From: Candidatus Bathyarchaeota archaeon
GTDB taxonomy: Archaea; Thermoproteota; Bathyarchaeia; Bathyarchaeales; Bathycorpusculaceae
NCBI GenBank assembly: GCA_963811105.1
Contig: CAWEPZ010000002.1
Coordinates: 320,001-384,000, forward strand
Reading direction: 5' to 3'
DNA: 64,000 nt
The first letter of the stretch is position 1; every line of letters begins with the position of its first letter. The notes under the pieces are model-generated. The model searched no databases. It was given only the letters and a program-made list of their open reading frames with translations, and was not told the origin of the DNA. The translations under genes were made by a program, and so were the position numbers. Below, piece by piece: positions 58,990 through 64,000 of this stretch.

Positions 58990-59932
58990 TTTCTTATCAA
59001 GGGGAAAGTTAAGCCTGAATCTTGTTTGTTTACCAATGATAGATAACTTTTCAATAATAGTTAAGGCCCTGAAATTGAATAAAGAGGTATCCAATCATAC
59101 TCATGCATTAGTGAGGCTGCATTTCTTTTTAGTATGTCTTCACGAAAAAGAATTCTATATTGCTGTAAAAGAAAAATGGCAGATTTGCTATAGCAAGAAA
59201 AGCCACCACCCTAAAAGAAAATGCCTTCTTCCTTGTTTATTATACCATATAATTAGGGTAAGGGCGAGAACGTAAGCACGAGGATCAAACACACTTATCG
59301 CTAGGAAAGCCGCTGAAAGCCATGGTCTTTTAGAGCACCCGAAATATAGGGTACCTATTAAAAAAACAGTTTGGATTACACGAGCGTTTGCTAAACACAC
59401 ATCCATTAGTAACTTGTCTAAAAAGTCTGATGATTAAAACTGCCGAATCTATACTAAAGAAAGTTAAGTTCATACAGGGGCAAAGGTAGACTTGGCAGAG
59501 GCTCAATTTAGACAATGATAGATGCAATAGAACCCAAAACTATGTTTTTGTTTTTCACTATTTTGTAAATAAAGAAAGGCAGAAGTAAAATTGAAGCAAA
59601 CTGGACAATGTCAAATGTGTTAAGCGCATACTGGTAGCTCAGAGTAAGAAATGTGGCTAAAAAAATCAAGAAGGACGGCGTATACTTGAATGTTCGGGTT
59701 ATTCCAATAATCTGGTAATTGCCCGGTTTACTGCCTGCAAAGTAGATTGTGGCTGGACTATGAATAATCGCCACTCAGCAATATAGTATGCGGAAAAATC
59801 TCGTGCCATAATCGGGGATTTTGGAGTGAATGTGGTTGGATATGCCTAGAACAAAGTACTAGCGTTCAATACGACGGCTATAGCTATGGTTATTACCAAA
59901 GTGAGTATTATTTTCTTATGTTTAAGAAGCAA
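58990..59932 (-). pseudogene. Decayed membrane glycosyltransferase-like (GT-C/GT87-like) gene
   Basis: N-terminal TM, in-frame TAG (59846-59848), ARDFSAYY..W, frameshift to ..FKYTPSFL.., then further frameshifted hydrophobic pieces (NARVIQT, FDPR); 3' end approximate. Confidence 0.6.
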
Positions 59933-60147
59933 TTGTTTCGTTTTTCTTTTTGTCAAAATTGACTAAAATAGCTTATTAGCCTTTTGAGAGACCGACCTTT
60001 AGATGTTTCCAAGACCTTTGTAAAAGAAATTGGTTATTTATCAATTTATAGCCAGTAATTGGTTTGGCCGCTAATTACAGCAACTTTTTAAGTACAGAAG
60101 GGTTATTTTGCTTATCTGCTTAATGTGGCCGTAGGAGACTTTAGAGA

Positions 60148-60474
60148 GTGGAAATTAGTCGAAAGAATTTACGCAGTGAAGTTCTCGAACGTATCAAATA
60201 CGTTAAAACTTGTGTCATGGCTAGAGAGCTTTGCTTACTTGTTCGCACTAACCGAGCCGTCTTAGAACCAAAGGATGTGCATGAAGTATGCCAGTACATT
60301 TCGCGTTTATGTAAAGAAGAAGGGTGCAGTGAGCCAAGTGAACTCTGTACGAAAGCGGCTAACGCTGTTGACTCGAAGGACGAAGAGAAATACCTTGATT
60401 TATGCGCTCAAAGCTGTCTCAAATGCGGCGAAGCCAGAAGACCTGTTCCTAAGAAAGACGCTTATGTGGCATAA
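60148..60474 (+). CDS. Cys-rich helical hypothetical protein
   Basis: 108 aa with 9 Cys including terminal CAQSCLKC; AGGAG upstream. Confidence 0.75.
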   Translation: MEISRKNLRSEVLERIKYVKTCVMARELCLLVRTNRAVLEPKDVHEVCQYISRLCKEEGCSEPSELCTKAANAVDSKDEEKYLDLCAQSCLKCGEARRPVPKKDAYVA

Positions 60475-60515
60475 CAAGTATGAACGCATTAGATTGCAAC
60501 TCGGGTGAAGATTGA

Positions 60516-60992
60516 ATGTTTATTGCTCCTTTTGTTCCAAGTCCAAATACAGTTGTAGAATACATGCTAAAACTTGCAGGCTTGAAAGCTGGCGAAGTCC
60601 TTTTTGATATGGGTTCCGGAGACGGTCGAACAGTTGTTATGGCCGCCAAAACATTTGGCGCCCGAGGCGTTGGCATTGAACTCAGAGATGATTTGGCGAA
60701 AAAAGCCCTTGGAACTATTCATGAGAACGGTTTGGACGATAGGGTAACAATTATGAACAGCGACATGTTCAACGTTAACTTAACTTCAGCTGACGTTGTT
60801 TACCTATATTTGACGACCAGCGCAAATGAGAAAATTAGGCCTAAACTTGATAGCGACCTCAAAAAGGGTGCACGAGTGGTTTCACATGACTACGAAATTA
60901 TTGGATGGCATCCGGAGAAGGTGGAGAATTTCTGTGAGAACCCCCAGTTAGGCTATCCTTCTCACACAATCTACCTCTATCGGAAGTCATAG
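60516..60992 (+). CDS. Protein-lysine methyltransferase of the aKMT/FAM173 type
   Basis: APFVPSP..VVEYML, DMGSGDGR, ADVVYLYL...NEKIRPKL..LKKGARVVSHDYEI.GW and HTIYLY motifs. Confidence 0.82.
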   Translation: MFIAPFVPSPNTVVEYMLKLAGLKAGEVLFDMGSGDGRTVVMAAKTFGARGVGIELRDDLAKKALGTIHENGLDDRVTIMNSDMFNVNLTSADVVYLYLTTSANEKIRPKLDSDLKKGARVVSHDYEIIGWHPEKVENFCENPQLGYPSHTIYLYRKS

Positions 60993-61064
60993 CTTATCGA
61001 TTGTTTTTTGGGAAAAGGTTTTTAGCTACATATCTTTCTGACTTGCAAAGAGTGTCCTCTGTAA

Positions 61065-61583
61065 ATGCAGTTTGTTCCATGGCAAAACATAGCTGACTGG
61101 CAATGCAAAGCGTGCGGTTACTGTTGCAAACTCTACAACGTAGTCATAAACTTCAAGGAATGGTTAAACATCGCAAAGTCCTTCGGCGTAGAAACCACAG
61201 TGACAGGTTTAGACCGTTTCTTCATTAAACGCTCCAGCGACGGATCATGCGCATTTCTCTGCAACGATGCAAAAAATTACAGTTGCGAACTGCAAAACGC
61301 GAAACCTGAAGCATGCAAAATCTGGCCCTTCAAAGTACTCTCCGAACCTAAATACGGCGAACCCAACCAAGCAGCATATGACTACGGCGGAGTGCGGCTG
61401 TACATTTATGGAGACAACCTGTGCAGCGGTTTGCGGTATGGCTCTCCAACATGGGATTTCCGTTACACAAAAATAAAAGAATTCACAGAACTAGCATTGG
61501 GAGTTAGGCAGATTCAGTACAAAACTACGAGACCGATCGAGTTTAGGCCACATCATCAATGGGGCAGACAACTATTCCCATAA
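61065..61583 (+). CDS. YkgJ-family cysteine-cluster protein
   Basis: CKACGYCC, CAFL and C......KPEACKIWPF motifs. Confidence 0.88.
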   Translation: MQFVPWQNIADWQCKACGYCCKLYNVVINFKEWLNIAKSFGVETTVTGLDRFFIKRSSDGSCAFLCNDAKNYSCELQNAKPEACKIWPFKVLSEPKYGEPNQAAYDYGGVRLYIYGDNLCSGLRYGSPTWDFRYTKIKEFTELALGVRQIQYKTTRPIEFRPHHQWGRQLFP

Positions 61584-61704
61584 AGAGAGTTCTTGAATTC
61601 TAGATTAGCCCTTGGATTGTTTAATTTCTTGGATTAGGTTATTAAGAGAGTTTTAAACTCTTAACCAACAAAACTATCTAATTAACAATAGAGGTTGCTG
61701 TTGT

Positions 61705-62487
61705 ATGTCCAAGGCTAAAGTTGGCGTTTCAATGCTTTACTGCCTAGGCGAGCCATTCAATAGGATGGTTAAGCGTTTAGACACCATGAATACACGTTAC
61801 ATAGAGATTTTAGATGACGGCACACATGAACTTGACAAAAAACGGGTAGAAACCCTCAAAGAAGTAGCCAAATCTTTCAGCTTAGAGTACACCGTACATG
61901 GACCTTTTGCCGACATTAATATCGCTTCCCCATCCAAAGCTATGCTGGATGCGTCCATGAAACGGCTCAAACAGTCCATGGCATTTGCGAACCAGCTGGA
62001 CGCTAAACTTTGGGTTTTTCATCCCGGAGCAAAAACAGGTATCGGCCAATTCTACCCTAATGGCGACTGGAAACAAAACAACAAAAGCATCCAAGAACTC
62101 TCCAAAACAGCCGAACAATACGGCTTAAACATTGCTTTAGAGAACCTGCCAGCAAAATACTATTTCTTCATGAGTAAAGCGGAAGATTTCACGAGATTTT
62201 ATCGTGAAACCAACTTGCCCGTCGGTATAGTTTTGGATTTGGGGCACGCGAATTTAGAAGGGCAAATTGAGCCTTTCTTTAAGCTTTTAGCCGACAAAAT
62301 CACACATATCCACGCTAGCGACAACGACGGTGTCGAAGACCAGCACCTTGGTGTTGGCCAAGGCAAGATTGACTACGAATGGCTTGCGGGAACTTTGGAT
62401 AGACTGAGTTATAACAAATCAGTTATTGTCGAATCAATAACTAATGTTGCACAAAGTATACAGAAACTTAAGCAACTTCTTGCATAG
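61705..62487 (+). CDS. Sugar phosphate isomerase/epimerase (AP endonuclease 2 TIM-barrel) family
   Basis: VHGPF.DINIAS, HPG, LEN, DLGHA, HASDN.G..DQHL..G.G and E motifs. Confidence 0.88.
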   Translation: MSKAKVGVSMLYCLGEPFNRMVKRLDTMNTRYIEILDDGTHELDKKRVETLKEVAKSFSLEYTVHGPFADINIASPSKAMLDASMKRLKQSMAFANQLDAKLWVFHPGAKTGIGQFYPNGDWKQNNKSIQELSKTAEQYGLNIALENLPAKYYFFMSKAEDFTRFYRETNLPVGIVLDLGHANLEGQIEPFFKLLADKITHIHASDNDGVEDQHLGVGQGKIDYEWLAGTLDRLSYNKSVIVESITNVAQSIQKLKQLLA

Positions 62488-63420
62488 TTATGTTTCTTTG
62501 AGCGTTAATTCAAGCTGCAAAAAATCCTGCCCCAAGAGAGTGTTTGGGAACACTTTTTTCGCCTGTTCTAAAAGCAAACTGGCATCAGGGTACCTTGCGC
62601 TGATATGTGTCAAAACCAACTGCTTAGCCCCTGCTGCCTTCGCCTCTTGTGCTGCCTGGCTTGGCGTAGAATGACCATCCAGAGTCGCCTTATCAGACAG
62701 TGAATCGTCAAATGTGCTTTCGTGAATAACCAAATCAGCATTTACCGCAAACTCTGCAAATCCGTCAAACGGCCTAGTATCGCCTGTGTAAACAATTTTT
62801 CTTCCAGGCCGCGGCGGTCCCATTATATCGCTTGGCTTAATCACTCTGCTGTCATTCAACTTGATTTCTTCGCCTCTTTGTAGCTTAGACCACAATTCGC
62901 CAAGTGGAACTTTGAGTGCTTTGGCTTTTTTGGGATAAAACTTGCCTGGACGCGGCTTTTCTATAAATGCGTAAGCGTAGCTCTCCACTGCATGGCTAGA
63001 CTTGACAGCAGTCACCATGTATTCGTCTTCATTGAGTAATGTGCCTTCAGTTAAAATCTCGTTAATTTCGACGGGAAATGTTAAACCAAAGTTTAATGTT
63101 TCTTTGGTGCAAACAAGAAAATCCTTAATGCCTGGAGGGCCAAAGATAGTGACTGCTTCTTTGCGATCCATAAGCGCCATCGTCTGCAAAACGCCTGGCA
63201 AACCCAACACGTGATCCCCATGCAAATGAGTAATGAATACTCGTAGTTTTTTGTGGAAGCTGACTTTCGCCTGCATCATTTGGCGCTGAGTATTTTCGCC
63301 ACAATCAAACATCCACTGCTCCTTTGCACACTGAATTACCACCGATGGCAAGCTCCTCTTCAATGTAGGAACGCTGCCACTTGTCCCCAAAAACACAACA
63401 CAAATACTCATACTATTCAT
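62488..63420 (-). CDS. rnz: Ribonuclease Z
   Basis: FLGTSGSVPT, FDCGE.TQ, THLHGDH, flexible arm, YTGDT, HESTF, HST and LTHISARY motifs. Confidence 0.96.
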   Translation of the reverse strand: MNSMSICVVFLGTSGSVPTLKRSLPSVVIQCAKEQWMFDCGENTQRQMMQAKVSFHKKLRVFITHLHGDHVLGLPGVLQTMALMDRKEAVTIFGPPGIKDFLVCTKETLNFGLTFPVEINEILTEGTLLNEDEYMVTAVKSSHAVESYAYAFIEKPRPGKFYPKKAKALKVPLGELWSKLQRGEEIKLNDSRVIKPSDIMGPPRPGRKIVYTGDTRPFDGFAEFAVNADLVIHESTFDDSLSDKATLDGHSTPSQAAQEAKAAGAKQLVLTHISARYPDASLLLEQAKKVFPNTLLGQDFLQLELTLKET

Positions 63421-64000
63421 TCACCTTTTCAAACACCGCTATTTCCCTTGTTAGACTTCTATGAATAAAATCGAAATGGGACTCCACATGTCTGTCGCCT
63501 AACGCCTCACCTGAAGCTTTAATCCGCAATGTTTTAGGAGAAGCAATAGACAAAAAACCCCTCATATAGGCCAAACAATTATTAGTTAAATCTGGAGAGA
63601 TGAAAACTCATGAATATAGATGAGAATCAGAAGCATTTAAAGTATGGTTTCACCGAGAGCACGATTATCGACGGCTGAGGTAAAAACTTTGAATCAGTGA
63701 TTACTATCGCTCGACATTAAACAGTCGACAACCAAATATTGCGCTGTCTCTTTTTCAATTTCAAGGCGACAAAATTAGTATCTCCCACACAATCCGTTTC
63801 TCCTTAAGAATTCAGAAGAAAGCTATAGGTACACTAAAATAATCAATTACTAATCTGTAAACAAAGGTTGAATTATCTTGAGAAATAAAGGAAACAAGTT
63901 CTACCAAAACACTCATGGAGTTATTTTTCGAACGAAGACAAATACTAAACAACAAAAGAAGAAGATCGCGCTAATAAAAAAAACGCGAAACCTTAGAGCT

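Noticed and set aside
59846-59848. In-frame TAG as possible pyrrolysine read-through
   Set aside because: The same gene also has several frameshifts, and no pyl genes are in the window.
63421-64000. Long non-coding end of the window, examined for tRNA, ncRNA or a replication origin
   Set aside because: No cloverleaf, ORB-like repeats or clear ORF recognised by eye; a covariance-model search would be needed to exclude RNA genes.

Overview
A 64-kb, gene-dense, AT-rich archaeal chromosomal segment. The lineage is inferred as TACK, most likely Bathyarchaeia, from TBP, Spt5, SecE/Sec61-gamma, archaeal uL11/uL1/uL10/uS10, Dph5, CTP-dependent RibK, GGR, PolB2, a Cren7-like protein and large membrane-anchored beta-propeller proteins. 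Most of the window is housekeeping: DNA repair (Mre11, Lhr, ligase), translation, cofactor salvage and amino-acid/central metabolism. An accessory stretch at about 26-45 kb carries secreted proteins, an S53 protease, PolB2, an HgcC-like/ArsM metalloid cluster and several decayed genes. I recognised no tRNA, rRNA, CRISPR array or transposase by eye. The most notable observations are: (1) an HgcC-like AbrB-fold gene coupled to arsM with no hgcAB or arsR nearby; (2) an Oxa1-superfamily DUF106 insertase carrying an extra secreted N-terminal domain; (3) a 56-aa Cren7-like gene missing from the ORF track, near an aKMT-type lysine methyltransferase; (4) mgsA next to larA; (5) an alpha-SNAP-like repeat protein; (6) a KARI with an acidic cofactor loop; (7) a uL10 lacking its acidic tail and its usual rpl12 neighbour; (8) a doubly frameshifted DNA ligase and four other gene remnants. 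All family calls are from motif recognition, without database searches.
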